Positions 26,474-36,539 of a stretch of DNA of 37,901 bases are shown here, in pieces; position 1 is the first letter of the stretch, and the number at the start of each line of letters is the position of its first letter. Made by a program: the position numbers and the translations under genes. The notes under the pieces are model-generated. The model did not search any database, was not told where the DNA came from, and saw nothing but the letters and a program-made list of their open reading frames with translations. Location: contig CALNCF010000328.1 in assembly GCA_937875035.1 (NCBI GenBank), positions 1 to 37,901 on the forward strand. The letters run 5' to 3'. The stretch is from an uncultured Sphingobacteriaceae bacterium (GTDB lineage: Bacteria > Bacteroidota > Bacteroidia > Sphingobacteriales > Sphingobacteriaceae).

Positions 26474-29062
26474 TTATGAATTCTGAAAAACGAGCTGGTT
26501 CTTATCGTCCAGCACCAGTAAAATATTCGAGTCGCGGGCCACAGTTCCGGCCAGGATTTGCTTCGAAAGCTCGTTCAGGATCTTCTTCTGCATCACCCTT
26601 TTCAGCGGGCGGGCTCCGAACTGAGGATCATAACCCAATTGTCCGAGCCAGTCGAGCGCCTCTTCCGTCGCGCTCAGGCTGATACCCATTTCTTCCAGCG
26701 AACGCTGTATGCCCTTGAATTGCAGGAGCACGATCTCCCGGATCTCTTCGCGGCTCAGCGGGGTGAACATGATCACCTCATCGATCCGGTTCAGGAATTC
26801 CGGCCGTATCGATTTCTTCAGCAGATCGAACACTTCATTTTTAGTCTTCGCCAGCACCTCATCACGGTTAAAATCATTCAGCTCCGCAAAGTTCTCCTGG
26901 ATGAGATGAGCGCCGGTGTTGGAGGTCATGATGATGATCGTATTCTTGAAGTTCACCACCCGCCCTTTATTGTCGGTCAGACGCCCGTCGTCCAGCACCT
27001 GCAAGAGAATGTTGAACACATCGGGATGAGCCTTTTCTATTTCATCCAGCAGGATGACCGAGTATGGCCGGCGACGCACGGCTTCGGTCAGCTGTCCGCC
27101 TTCATCATAACCCACGTATCCCGGAGGCGCGCCGATGAGGCGTGAAACCGCATGCCGTTCCTGGTATTCCGACATGTCGATCCGGGTCATGGCATTCTCA
27201 TCATTGAATAAGAAATCGGCCAGGGCCTTGGCCAGCTCGGTCTTACCCACCCCGGTGGTACCGAGGAAGATGAAGGAGCCGATCGGGCGCTTCTTATCCT
27301 GCAGGCCTGCACGGCTGCGGCGTACCGCATCGGCAATAGCCTCGATGGCTTCGCGCTGTCCGACCACACGCTGGTGCAGCTCTTCTTCGAGATGCAGCAG
27401 CTTTTCGCGTTCGCTCTCGATCATCTTGGTGATCGGGATTCCTGTCCAACGGGAGACCACACCCGCGATATCTTCGGCGGTCACTTCCTGTTTCAATATC
27501 CGGCCGGAAGATTCGTCGAGCTTCGTTTTCAGCTCTTCGACCCTTGTTTCGGCATCTTTGATCTTGCCATAGCGAAGCTCGGCCACTTTCCCGTAATCGC
27601 TCGCGCGTTCGGCCTGCTCGGCTTCGATCTTATACTGTTCGATCTGGTCGAGGTTATCCTGGATCTCATCCACGATGTCTTTCTCGGCCTGCCATTTCGC
27701 ACGGAAGGAATTCCGGTCTTCACTCAGGTTCGCGATCTCTTCGTTCAGCTCATTGAGCTTCTTCTCATCACCTTCCCGTTTGATCGCTTCGCGTTCGATC
27801 TCTAACTGCATGATCCGGCGTTCGATCTCATCCAGCGCTTCAGGTAACGAATCCATCTCGAGGCGCAGCTTCGAAGCCGCTTCGTCCATCAGGTCGATCG
27901 CCTTGTCGGGCAGGAAACGGTCGGCAATGTAACGCTGCGACAGCTCTACCGAAGCAATGATCGCCTCATCCCTGATCCGCACCTTATGGTGGTTCTCATA
28001 TTTCTCTTTCAGACCCCGCAGGATGGAGATCGCGTCCTGGGTATCCGGCTCATCGACCATCACTTTCTGGAAACGGCGCTCGAGCGCCTTATCTTTTTCT
28101 AAATACTTCTGGTACTCATTGAGCGTAGTGGCGCCGATCGCGCGAAGCTCACCACGTGCCAGGGCTGGCTTAAGGATGTTCGCCGCGTCCATTGCTCCTT
28201 CCGAAGCACCGGCTCCGACCAGGGTATGGATCTCATCAATGAACAGGATGATCTCCCCGTCGCTATCGGTTACTTCCTTCACAACCGCTTTCAGACGCTC
28301 TTCAAACTCTCCTTTGTATTTGGCGCCGGCAATGAGCGAACCCATATCCAGTGAATACACAGTCTTTGTTTTGAGGTTTTCCGGTACGTCGCCTTTAATG
28401 ATCCGGTGGGCGATGCCCTCGGCGATCGCGGTCTTACCAACACCCGGCTCACCGATCAGGATCGGGTTGTTCTTTGTTCTCCGCGAGAGAATCTGGATCA
28501 CACGACGGATCTCCTCATCACGCCCGATCACCGGGTCGAGACGGCCGGATTCTGCCAGGTCGTTCAGGTTCTTCGCGTATTTATTGAGGGAATTATAGGT
28601 CGCTTCCGCGTTCTGGTCGGTGACCTTTTGGTTGCCTCTTAATTCTTTAATGGCTGCTTTCAGGTCTTTTTCGGTCACCCCTGCATCCTTGAGGATCGTG
28701 GCAGCCTTGTCCTTCCCGGCAAACACACCTAAAAGGAGGTGCTCCAGCGATACAAATTCGTCTTTGTATTCTTTCGTGACAGAAAGCGCCTTTTGCAGGG
28801 CAGTATTGGTATCTGAAGATAAATAAGGATTGCTTCCGCTTACTTTAGGAAAGGACTGGATCACGGAGTCCAGCACTTCGGTGATCCGGGCAGGATTCAC
28901 CTGGAGCTTTTTGAGGATGAAAGGGATGATACTATCGTCGACAGACAGCATGCCTTTCAGCAGATGCGCAGGTTCTATCGCCTGCTGCTGGTTTGCAGTA
29001 GCGATCTCCACCGCTTTGTTAACAGCTTCCTGTGACTTGATGGTATATTGGTTGAAGTTCAT
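26474..29062 (-). CDS. clpB: ATP-dependent chaperone ClpB
   Basis: 862 aa with two AAA+ modules (GEPGVGKTA and GTTGVGKTE), a long middle coiled coil, and a Clp N-domain. Confidence 0.95.
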   Translation of the reverse strand: MNFNQYTIKSQEAVNKAVEIATANQQQAIEPAHLLKGMLSVDDSIIPFILKKLQVNPARITEVLDSVIQSFPKVSGSNPYLSSDTNTALQKALSVTKEYKDEFVSLEHLLLGVFAGKDKAATILKDAGVTEKDLKAAIKELRGNQKVTDQNAEATYNSLNKYAKNLNDLAESGRLDPVIGRDEEIRRVIQILSRRTKNNPILIGEPGVGKTAIAEGIAHRIIKGDVPENLKTKTVYSLDMGSLIAGAKYKGEFEERLKAVVKEVTDSDGEIILFIDEIHTLVGAGASEGAMDAANILKPALARGELRAIGATTLNEYQKYLEKDKALERRFQKVMVDEPDTQDAISILRGLKEKYENHHKVRIRDEAIIASVELSQRYIADRFLPDKAIDLMDEAASKLRLEMDSLPEALDEIERRIMQLEIEREAIKREGDEKKLNELNEEIANLSEDRNSFRAKWQAEKDIVDEIQDNLDQIEQYKIEAEQAERASDYGKVAELRYGKIKDAETRVEELKTKLDESSGRILKQEVTAEDIAGVVSRWTGIPITKMIESEREKLLHLEEELHQRVVGQREAIEAIADAVRRSRAGLQDKKRPIGSFIFLGTTGVGKTELAKALADFLFNDENAMTRIDMSEYQERHAVSRLIGAPPGYVGYDEGGQLTEAVRRRPYSVILLDEIEKAHPDVFNILLQVLDDGRLTDNKGRVVNFKNTIIIMTSNTGAHLIQENFAELNDFNRDEVLAKTKNEVFDLLKKSIRPEFLNRIDEVIMFTPLSREEIREIVLLQFKGIQRSLEEMGISLSATEEALDWLGQLGYDPQFGARPLKRVMQKKILNELSKQILAGTVARDSNILLVLDDKNQLVFQNS

Positions 29063-29205
29063 ACTTATAAATTTTACAGGTATGCTTCAAATCCATTGCC
29101 AGCCGTAAACCGGAGCTTACATCCGGAATTAATGTCGTCAAAAAGCGAAACGCGCGTGACGATTTTTCCGAAAGCGGACGATTTTACAGGAAAAGGATGA
29201 TTACT

Positions 29206-29610
29206 TTAAGAAGCACTGAGGATCTCCTGCAGCTTTTCCGCCTGGAAGTTTGCCAGCTTCTGAAGCGGCGACATGGCCATCATCTTGATAAAGGGATTCA
29301 GGTCGGCATTGATGATCATCTTCGCTGTGGAAGAATCTCCGTTTGCGATGATCTCCCATTTCAGGTTCAGGGGAAAAGGAACTTCGCCCTTAGGAACAAT
29401 GGTAATGGAAGTATCAGCCACACGCTCTCCCACCTTCAGCTCCAGCTTCGCCATGTTCTGAATGGTGAACTTACACTCGTCTTCGGTAGAGGACCAGTTA
29501 TAAATGGAATCTGGCATGAGCTGCTGATGGTTGTTCAGGTTCGCGAGGAAACCGTATACCACCGAAGCCGGCTTATTCACCTGGATACTGTTGCTTTCGA
29601 TCGTTGTCAT
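29206..29610 (-). CDS. SRPBCC-superfamily protein (START/polyketide-cyclase-like fold)
   Basis: 134 aa. The N-terminus ...IQVNKPASVVYGFLANLNNHQQLMP is typical of SRPBCC. Its start abuts the pyrE stop with no intergenic bases. Confidence 0.65.
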   Translation of the reverse strand: MTTIESNSIQVNKPASVVYGFLANLNNHQQLMPDSIYNWSSTEDECKFTIQNMAKLELKVGERVADTSITIVPKGEVPFPLNLKWEIIANGDSSTAKMIINADLNPFIKMMAMSPLQKLANFQAEKLQEILSAS

Positions 29611-30264
29611 TTATACTTCTTCTTTAATGCCCCAACCTTCCGGGTTCTCTCTCCAGGCTTGCAGTTGCTCTACATCTTTCTCGCTGATAAAGCCGGAAAC
29701 CAGTGCCTGTTCGATCAGGAACGAATAATCACTTAATGATACCAGGCGGCAATTCGCCTTCTTAAAGTTTTCGTCTGCGGCATTGAAACCGTAGGTGAAG
29801 ACCGAAACCATTCCCACCACTTCACAACCGGCAGCACGTAAGGCTTCCACTGCTTTCAGACTGCTTTTACCGGTAGAGACCAGATCTTCTACCACCACCA
29901 CACGTTGCCCTTCCTTTACTTCTCCTTCGATCATGTTGTTCATGCCATGATCTTTCGGAGCCGAACGCACATAGGCGAATGGCAGACCCAAATCCTGGGC
30001 CACTAATACACCCTGTGGAATTCCTGCTGTAGCTACACCCGCGATGAGGCTTACCGCGCCAAATTCTTCGGTAATAACTTCCGACAAACGCTGACGGATA
30101 AATGTGCGTACAGGAGGGAATGATAAGGTAATGCGGTTGTCGCAATAAATAGGCGATTTCCAACCAGATGCCCATGTAAATGGCTGCTTAGGCTGCAGTT
30201 TTATGGCTTTGACTTGTAACAAAAATTCTGCTACTTTTAACGCTGTATCCTTCTTATTAACCAT
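29611..30264 (-). CDS. pyrE: Orotate phosphoribosyltransferase
   Basis: PRPP-binding motif RVVVVEDLVSTGKSSL and N-terminal FTWASGWKSPIYCDNR. Confidence 0.9.
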   Translation of the reverse strand: MVNKKDTALKVAEFLLQVKAIKLQPKQPFTWASGWKSPIYCDNRITLSFPPVRTFIRQRLSEVITEEFGAVSLIAGVATAGIPQGVLVAQDLGLPFAYVRSAPKDHGMNNMIEGEVKEGQRVVVVEDLVSTGKSSLKAVEALRAAGCEVVGMVSVFTYGFNAADENFKKANCRLVSLSDYSFLIEQALVSGFISEKDVEQLQAWRENPEGWGIKEEV

Positions 30265-30271
30265 ACCGCAA

Positions 30272-30830
30272 ATGTATAAAATTTATACCAACGAAAAGGA
30301 ACTGATCTTTGCAAAGCCAGCAGAAAAATCGGCCATAACGACAAACAAAGGGCCAATCAACTATAAATCAATCAGTTCAAAAAAGGAACTTTTGAGCGAA
30401 ATAAACGGAAACAACGACCTTATTTTTTTTTCAGATGACCCGGAACAGGCGCTGAATGATTTTTCGAAGGATTATATACGGATCGTATTTATTCATCTTC
30501 CGGAGAGGGAAATGGGATCTGCCCAAGGGTAAGCTCGATCCGGGAGAAACGATCGAAGAGGCTGCCGTACGGGAGGTACAGGAGGAATGTGGAATCCATC
30601 ACCTGCAATTGGGGAAAAAGCTCTGCGAAACCTTCCATATCTACTACGAGAAGAAGAAGCAATACCTGAAGCACAGCTATTGGTTCGCCATGCAGACGGA
30701 GGAACGGAAGCTTGCCCCACAGACCGAGGAAGACATTACGGATATCCGCTGGATCGCCAAGGAAGATTTTGCCCTGGTAAAAGCCAATACCTTTCCCTCC
30801 ATTCTCGATGTTCTTATATTTGCCTCATGA
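30272..30830 (+). pseudogene. NUDIX hydrolase, apparently disrupted (frameshift and probable short internal deletion at about 30470-30500)
   Basis: The N-terminal part (MYKIYTNEKELIF...DFSKDYIRIV) is in one frame. The Nudix box (GKWDLPKGKLDPGETIEEAAVREVQEECG) is in another frame, starting ...YLFIFRRGKW. The two ORFs overlap at 30456-30532. Confidence 0.6.
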
Positions 30831-31225
30831 TGAAACTGAGCATCCCTCTTATGACCATATTCCTGGCCGCAGGACTTTGTGCGTGCAGCATAAAAGAAGA
30901 AGAAAAAACAGAGCTGCGTGAATGCGCCATTGTACGGACAAACATGCCCGACAGCTTAAAGCTCGGCAACCAGCTGAACCTGAAAATGGTGTACGCCATT
31001 GCCAACGGCTGCGGAAAATATCATCACACGGAAACACAGGATGGAGATCGTTCGGTGACCACACGTGTATACGCCGAATACCCGACCGGGAATGTGCCAT
31101 GCAGCATGCAGCTTAAATACGACAGCCTGTACGTCAACATCTTCCCGAAACTGAAAGGAATCTATGAAGTAAAAACAGGTGATGGAGCCGGCGGACTAAG
31201 CACTGATACACTCGTTATTTATTAG
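30827..31225 (+). CDS. Small putative lipoprotein
   Basis: MMKLSIPLMTIFLAAGLCACS is a signal peptide with a lipobox-like Cys. The ATG overlaps the NUDIX stop (ATGA at 30827-30830). Confidence 0.6.
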   Translation: MMKLSIPLMTIFLAAGLCACSIKEEEKTELRECAIVRTNMPDSLKLGNQLNLKMVYAIANGCGKYHHTETQDGDRSVTTRVYAEYPTGNVPCSMQLKYDSLYVNIFPKLKGIYEVKTGDGAGGLSTDTLVIY

Positions 31226-31691
31226 CCTGCTTCAGAATTTCGGCCACGGCTTTGGGAACAAACTGGTCAATATTTCCGCCATTGCGCAGGATGTCGCGTA
31301 CAATGGTCGAGCTGATAGCCGAGAAGCCCGGCTTGCTGAGAATAATGATGCTCTCGATATCGGGATGCATGGCGTGATTCATCTGGGCGATCGCTTTCTC
31401 GTATTCGAAGTCGAGCGTGGAACGGATCCCTCGGATCATATACTGCGCGCCGATCTGCTTGCAGTAATCCACTGTCAGTCCCTGGTAAGCCGCTACCTTT
31501 ACCTTGGGTACATCCTTATACACCAGCCTGACCATCTCTTCGCGCTGTTCGGCAGAGAGAAAAGATTGCTTAGTGCTGTTCAGCCCGATACCGACCACAA
31601 CTTCATCAAACAAGGGTAATGCACGTTGCAGGATGTCGACATGCGCTAAAGTGATCGGATCGAATGATCCCGGGAACAAGGCCTTTTTCAT
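31215..31691 (-). CDS. coaD: Pantetheine-phosphate adenylyltransferase
   Basis: MKKALFPGSFDPITLAHVDIL, with 158 aa typical of CoaD. Confidence 0.9.
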   Translation of the reverse strand: MKKALFPGSFDPITLAHVDILQRALPLFDEVVVGIGLNSTKQSFLSAEQREEMVRLVYKDVPKVKVAAYQGLTVDYCKQIGAQYMIRGIRSTLDFEYEKAIAQMNHAMHPDIESIIILSKPGFSAISSTIVRDILRNGGNIDQFVPKAVAEILKQANK

Positions 31692-31694
31692 GGA

Positions 31695-32231
31695 TTACGC
31701 GTGTATAAAAAAGCTGAACGCCGACTGTCCGTACGTTCGCTGCTGGTCAAAATTAGGTAAATTATCCAGTTTACGCAGTGCCGGATGCTCAACGATGAGC
31801 ATCCCTCCCGCTTTCAGCAATTCTTTTTGAAAAACAATGCCGGGAATCTCGGTCAGGCGAGGCAAGTCGTACGGCGGATCGGCAAAGATCAGGTCGTACG
31901 GCTCATTCTCGATGTCGAGGAATTTGAACACATCCGATTTCATCACATTCACCCCTTCGAGCTTCAGCGAAGCGGCCGTTTCTTTGATAAAGCGCGCGCA
32001 GTTAAAATGCGCGTCCACTGCCGTAACCTGCGGACAGCCCCTGGATGCAAACTCGTAGGTCATGTTCCCGGTGCCGGCGAAAAGATCGAGCACGGTGGTT
32101 TCATCAAAATCGACCATGTGCTGCAATATATTGAAGAGCGCTTCTTTGGAAAGATCGGTAGTGGGGCGTACCGGTAAGTTACGCGGCGGGTTGATCCGGA
32201 TACCTTTCAGCTTTCCGCTTATGATCCGCAT
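31695..32231 (-). CDS. rsmD: 16S rRNA (guanine966-N2)-methyltransferase RsmD
   Basis: MRIISGKLKGIRI..., SAM motif VLDLFAGTGNM, and the FADPPY motif. I chose the start at ATG 32231 because the longer ORF-track start would overlap the upstream gene. Confidence 0.85.
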   Translation of the reverse strand: MRIISGKLKGIRINPPRNLPVRPTTDLSKEALFNILQHMVDFDETTVLDLFAGTGNMTYEFASRGCPQVTAVDAHFNCARFIKETAASLKLEGVNVMKSDVFKFLDIENEPYDLIFADPPYDLPRLTEIPGIVFQKELLKAGGMLIVEHPALRKLDNLPNFDQQRTYGQSAFSFFIHA

Positions 32232-33115
32232 AGTTCCAGGCTGTAAAGATGAAAGAAGCGATGCGCGTCGTGCTCCTCCAAACGGTAAGAGTACGACAGG
32301 CCGTCCAGGCGCGGCACAAAATCCACATGCCTGAAATAACGGTAGATCATCTGGTAATGCGGTGAGCTCTTGCCGATGTCTCCCATTAAAAATAATTCCA
32401 GTTGTTCCGGATTCAGCCCGAGCTGCTCGCATACAAACAGAGGGTAATAAATAAAGTCTTCGGAATTCTGGTATGCGAAACGGTTGTAGAACTTCAATTG
32501 ACCTTCATCCGCCAAAACAATCTCTATATAATCAGGTCCGGTATAAATATACATACGGACACCCTGTTGATTTTTACTGATCCTCATCACGGCTTCGATC
32601 AGCGCGCTGCCGGAGTGAATGAACTGCACCGTATTAAAACGCGAGCGCATGAGGCTCATTTCGGTAGCACGCAGCGCGAAGACCATATACGCATTCGCTA
32701 CCTCCAGGTGATTGGAGAATACGAAATGATCCGGCGCCACATTATTGCTGAATGAGAGGTATTCCTCTTCCCGCCCTTTTTCGAAGAGCTCTTCGGGAAT
32801 AAGGGTAAACACCGGTGTGATCACACGGTAACGTACCGTTTGAAAGTCTTTCTGGAAGATGTCGGTCTTCTCCAGCACTTCGCGCAGCGAATGCTGCATA
32901 TCCTCATGCTCGAACTCAGCCTGCAGGACGAACTTTTCGCGCTCATTGTTATAAACTACGGCGCGAAGCATATTACCATAGCTCTCCAGCCCCAGGTTGA
33001 ACGTCGTCTTCGTATCGAAATGATAGCTCTCGTCGATGCGTTCTTTTTTACGGATGGAAGCTAAAATGGTTGGGCTCATTGCTACAAAAATATTATTTTT
33101 CCCGAGTATCTGCAT
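32219..33115 (-). CDS. DUF3822-family protein
   Basis: The call rests on the conserved position upstream of rsmD-coaD in Bacteroidota and on the protein's size. The start could instead be the ATG at 33079. Confidence 0.6.
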   Translation of the reverse strand: MQILGKNNIFVAMSPTILASIRKKERIDESYHFDTKTTFNLGLESYGNMLRAVVYNNEREKFVLQAEFEHEDMQHSLREVLEKTDIFQKDFQTVRYRVITPVFTLIPEELFEKGREEEYLSFSNNVAPDHFVFSNHLEVANAYMVFALRATEMSLMRSRFNTVQFIHSGSALIEAVMRISKNQQGVRMYIYTGPDYIEIVLADEGQLKFYNRFAYQNSEDFIYYPLFVCEQLGLNPEQLELFLMGDIGKSSPHYQMIYRYFRHVDFVPRLDGLSYSYRLEEHDAHRFFHLYSLELCGS

Positions 33116-33175
33116 ACCCTGTTCCCGGGAAGCAGGAACCAGGATAGCCTTTAAGTATTAAAAGCCCTTGCAAAA

Positions 33176-34429
33176 TTACCTTGTTAACCTGGATAAATAA
33201 GGTAATAAGACACCCTGGCCTATGATCGTGAACAATACCACGGCTGTAGTGATATAAATAATATCGCTTTTTAATAAGAAAGCATTTCCATTCGCCATTA
33301 CAGATGGTAACCCGATCGCTAAAGCAAGAGAAATGATCCCTCTCATGCCCGACCAGCTGATCATGATGCCATCCTGCAAGGTAAGCAAGATGGACTCCGG
33401 GATCCGGCGGTTCGCAAATCTCGGGTGCGTACTGTGAAACGCTTTATCGAGCCTTTTACGATGGCTGAAAACGGTTATCATACGTAGTAATAGGGCTATC
33501 AATGTAATGATAAACGCATAAACCGTATAGGAAACAAGCACACTATCGGGTAATTCCTTCAATACAATAGGCAGCTCCAGGCCGATCAGAATAAAAATGA
33601 GCCCGTTCAGTAGAAACGTGATCATATCCCAGATGGTTTCGGAGTCTTTCTTCCATTTATCAGAAAAATGCGTCGTGCTTAGCCTCGATATGCTTAACGC
33701 TAATGTAACTACTGCAATGATCCCGGAGGTATGGAAATATTCAGCGATCAGATAGGTAACAAAAGGCGAAAGCAAAATAAGGCTTAACACGGCTATGTTG
33801 TTCTTTCGAACATATACAAGCAGCAGCTGGAGCAGCTTTGCCGTCATAAAACCAACAAGAAAGCCGCCGGCCAGCAGGATCACGAAGGATAAGGAAGCCT
33901 GCCACAATACGAACGTAGCTCCGCCAAGAGCAGCTAAAGCAAATTTAAAAGCCACCAGGGCCGAAGCGTCATTAATGAGACTTTCACCTTCTAAAATGGT
34001 ATTGGCAGTAGACGAAAGGTTCATGCCTTTGGTAATGTTGATTGCCGACACGGCATCTGTTGGCGCCAGGATAGCGCCTAATATAAAGGCTGAGGGCCAG
34101 TTCATGCCCGGAATTAAAAAATAGGCCGTAGCCGCTATACCAAGTGTTGTAATAAATACCAATGAAAACGCCAGCCTGGAAATAATAGCAAAATTGGCCC
34201 TGAACTCCTTGGGATTAATTTTGAAAGCAGCGTCGTATAATAAGGGTGGCAGAAACAGCAGGAATACCATTTCAGATCCAATTTCCATTACGGGGATACC
34301 CGGAATAAAGCCGATCGCTATTCCGGCAATAACTAAAAATATAGGAACGGGTACTTTTAAGTTTTCCGCGAAAACAGTCAGGAGCACCATGGCGCCCAGC
34401 AAAATTAATACGATCGTATAATTCTCCAT
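33176..34429 (-). CDS. Na+/H+ (cation:proton) antiporter, CPA1/NhaP-like
   Basis: 417 aa and highly hydrophobic with multiple TM segments. Motifs include LGAILAPTDAV and EGESLINDASALV. Confidence 0.85.
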   Translation of the reverse strand: MENYTIVLILLGAMVLLTVFAENLKVPVPIFLVIAGIAIGFIPGIPVMEIGSEMVFLLFLPPLLYDAAFKINPKEFRANFAIISRLAFSLVFITTLGIAATAYFLIPGMNWPSAFILGAILAPTDAVSAINITKGMNLSSTANTILEGESLINDASALVAFKFALAALGGATFVLWQASLSFVILLAGGFLVGFMTAKLLQLLLVYVRKNNIAVLSLILLSPFVTYLIAEYFHTSGIIAVVTLALSISRLSTTHFSDKWKKDSETIWDMITFLLNGLIFILIGLELPIVLKELPDSVLVSYTVYAFIITLIALLLRMITVFSHRKRLDKAFHSTHPRFANRRIPESILLTLQDGIMISWSGMRGIISLALAIGLPSVMANGNAFLLKSDIIYITTAVVLFTIIGQGVLLPYLSRLTR

Positions 34430-34645
34430 ACGTAAACTCTTTTATTGATCTTCAAAACTGAACCATAAGGCTTACTCCTTCCGTCGGGACATACCAGGGC
34501 CTTCATGCTTATTCAATTATATCAAAGTAATTTTAATTAAATGTATGGATTTGAAAAAATGAAAGGATGTGATCCGGTAATCTTCTTCCACATTTTACCC
34601 ATACCTCGTTATACGTACGATTGAGTATCTTTACGGCCAAGCATC

Positions 34646-36070
34646 ATGCACGCTCCAGAATTACTTACCAGATACCTCGGACATTCTCCTACCGCCGAAC
34701 AGCAAAAGCTGTTCGTGATGCTGGATACATTCCTGCAATCCGATCAGCCCTGGTCGGCCTTTGTATTAAAGGGCTATGCGGGTACCGGAAAGACCACGGC
34801 TATTTCGGCCCTGGTTAAGATGCTGGCCGGGTATAAGCTGAAATCTGTGCTGCTGGCTCCTACCGGGAGAGCCGCCAAGGTGCTGGCCGGGTATTCGGGC
34901 AGGCAGGCCTATACCATTCATAAAAAGATCTACCGGAAGAAATCGGCCACCGATTTCGGATCGGCTTTCGTGCTGGCCGAGAACAAGCATAAGGGAACCA
35001 TTTTCATTGTGGATGAGGCCTCGATGATCACCGACCAGCGCAACGATACCGACCTTGGACCGAAGCAGTCGGGCGGACTGCTGCACGACCTGGTACGTTA
35101 TGTATACGAAACCGATACGAACTGCCGCATTATCTTCGTCGGGGATACGGCCCAGCTCCCGCCGGTAGGCTCGCAGGAAAGCCCCGCGCTGTCGGAAGCG
35201 CTGCTGAAACAGGAGTATGACCTGGAGGTGCATTCCATCGAGCTGAAAGAAGTGCTGCGACAGGATAAATCATCGGGGATCCTTGAAAATGCGACGGCTG
35301 TACGCGACCTGATCTCTTCGGAAGACATCAAGGCACCCCGTTTCCAGACCAAGGGCTTTCCTGATTTTTACCGCATCAACGGGGAGCGCCTGCTCGACGG
35401 GCTGAACTATGCCTATGATAAATACGGGGTAGAGAACACCCTGGTGGTGTGCCGTTCCAATAAGTCGGCGAACCTGTATAACCAGCATATCCGTGCGCAG
35501 ATCCTGTACCGGGAAGAAGAGATCACCGGGGGCGATCATATCATGATCGTGAAGAACAATTATTTCTGGCTTCCGGAAGAATCGGAAAGTGCCTTTATCG
35601 CGAATGGCGACATCGCTAAAGTGATCCGCATCCGGGCCGAGCAGGAAATTCATGGCTTCCGGTTCTGCGAAGCTACGCTCCAGATGATCGACATTCCCGG
35701 TGAGCCCATCATTACGGCCAAGATCATGCTGGATACCCTGAGCTCGGAAAGCCCGAACCTTGCCTACGATCAGCAGAAGTCTTTATACGATTCCGTTCTA
35801 AAAGATTACGAATGGATCAAAACAAAGAAGGAGCGGATGGAGAAGATCAGGAACGATCCCTTTTATAATGCCTTGCAGATCAAGTTCGCTTATGCCGTTA
35901 CCTGCCATAAGTCGCAGGGCGGGCAATGGCCCTGTGTGTTTATTGACCAGGGGTATTTAACAGAAGAGATGCTGAATAAGGATTTCCTGAGATGGCTGTA
36001 CACGGCGATCACCCGTGCCAGCAAGGAAGTATTCCTGGTGAACTTCAACGGGATGTTCTTCGGTCAGTAA
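34646..36070 (+). CDS. RecD-like SF1 ATP-dependent DNA helicase
   Basis: Walker A GYAGTGKTT, Walker B IFIVDEASMI, IFVGDTAQLPPV, and C-terminal YAVTCHKSQGGQW. Confidence 0.85.
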   Translation: MHAPELLTRYLGHSPTAEQQKLFVMLDTFLQSDQPWSAFVLKGYAGTGKTTAISALVKMLAGYKLKSVLLAPTGRAAKVLAGYSGRQAYTIHKKIYRKKSATDFGSAFVLAENKHKGTIFIVDEASMITDQRNDTDLGPKQSGGLLHDLVRYVYETDTNCRIIFVGDTAQLPPVGSQESPALSEALLKQEYDLEVHSIELKEVLRQDKSSGILENATAVRDLISSEDIKAPRFQTKGFPDFYRINGERLLDGLNYAYDKYGVENTLVVCRSNKSANLYNQHIRAQILYREEEITGGDHIMIVKNNYFWLPEESESAFIANGDIAKVIRIRAEQEIHGFRFCEATLQMIDIPGEPIITAKIMLDTLSSESPNLAYDQQKSLYDSVLKDYEWIKTKKERMEKIRNDPFYNALQIKFAYAVTCHKSQGGQWPCVFIDQGYLTEEMLNKDFLRWLYTAITRASKEVFLVNFNGMFFGQ

Positions 36071-36468
36071 TCCGGACGCCGGCTCTGCTTACGTTCCGAC
36101 CGCTGCTTCTTTTCACTGAGCCTTTTCTCTACCGATGATCTTGTAGGACGAGTCGCTTTGCGGGGGTTATCCCTGTGTAAGGCCCGCTGCAGCACCTGCA
36201 CCAGCTTCTGTATGGCTTTTTCCTTGTTCAGGTACTGCGATCGCTCCTCTTCGCAGGTAACATGCACCGCTCCGTCTTTATTCAGGTAGCGGCCCAGGCG
36301 ACTGCTCAGCAATGCCTTCTCCTCTTCGTCAAATAAAGCCGATGCCGTAAAATCGAAGATCAGCTCCACTTTCGATGACACTTTGTTCACATGCTGCCCA
36401 CCTTTACCCCCGCTCCGGGAAGTCTTATAATGCAACTCTTTCCTGAGATCATCCACCGGTATATTCAT
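36064..36468 (-). CDS. arfB: Alternative ribosome-rescue factor ArfB (peptidyl-tRNA hydrolase)
   Basis: GGQ motif (SGGKGGQHVNKVSSKV) and a basic C-terminal tail (KKQRSERKQSRRP). Confidence 0.85.
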   Translation of the reverse strand: MNIPVDDLRKELHYKTSRSGGKGGQHVNKVSSKVELIFDFTASALFDEEEKALLSSRLGRYLNKDGAVHVTCEEERSQYLNKEKAIQKLVQVLQRALHRDNPRKATRPTRSSVEKRLSEKKQRSERKQSRRPDY

Positions 36469-36539
36469 GGGGTAAAAATAGATAATCTCTAAAAATAATT
36501 ACCTTCGCTTTGCGTTTAGAGCGCAGCTAATACCCTTTT

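Noticed and set aside
32232-32432. An N-terminal 67-codon extension of the rsmD ORF in the six-frame track.
   Set aside because: The extension is Arg/Gly/Pro-rich and non-conserved-looking. It would overlap the DUF3822 gene by about 200 nt. The canonical RsmD N-terminus MRIISGKLKG begins at ATG 32231.
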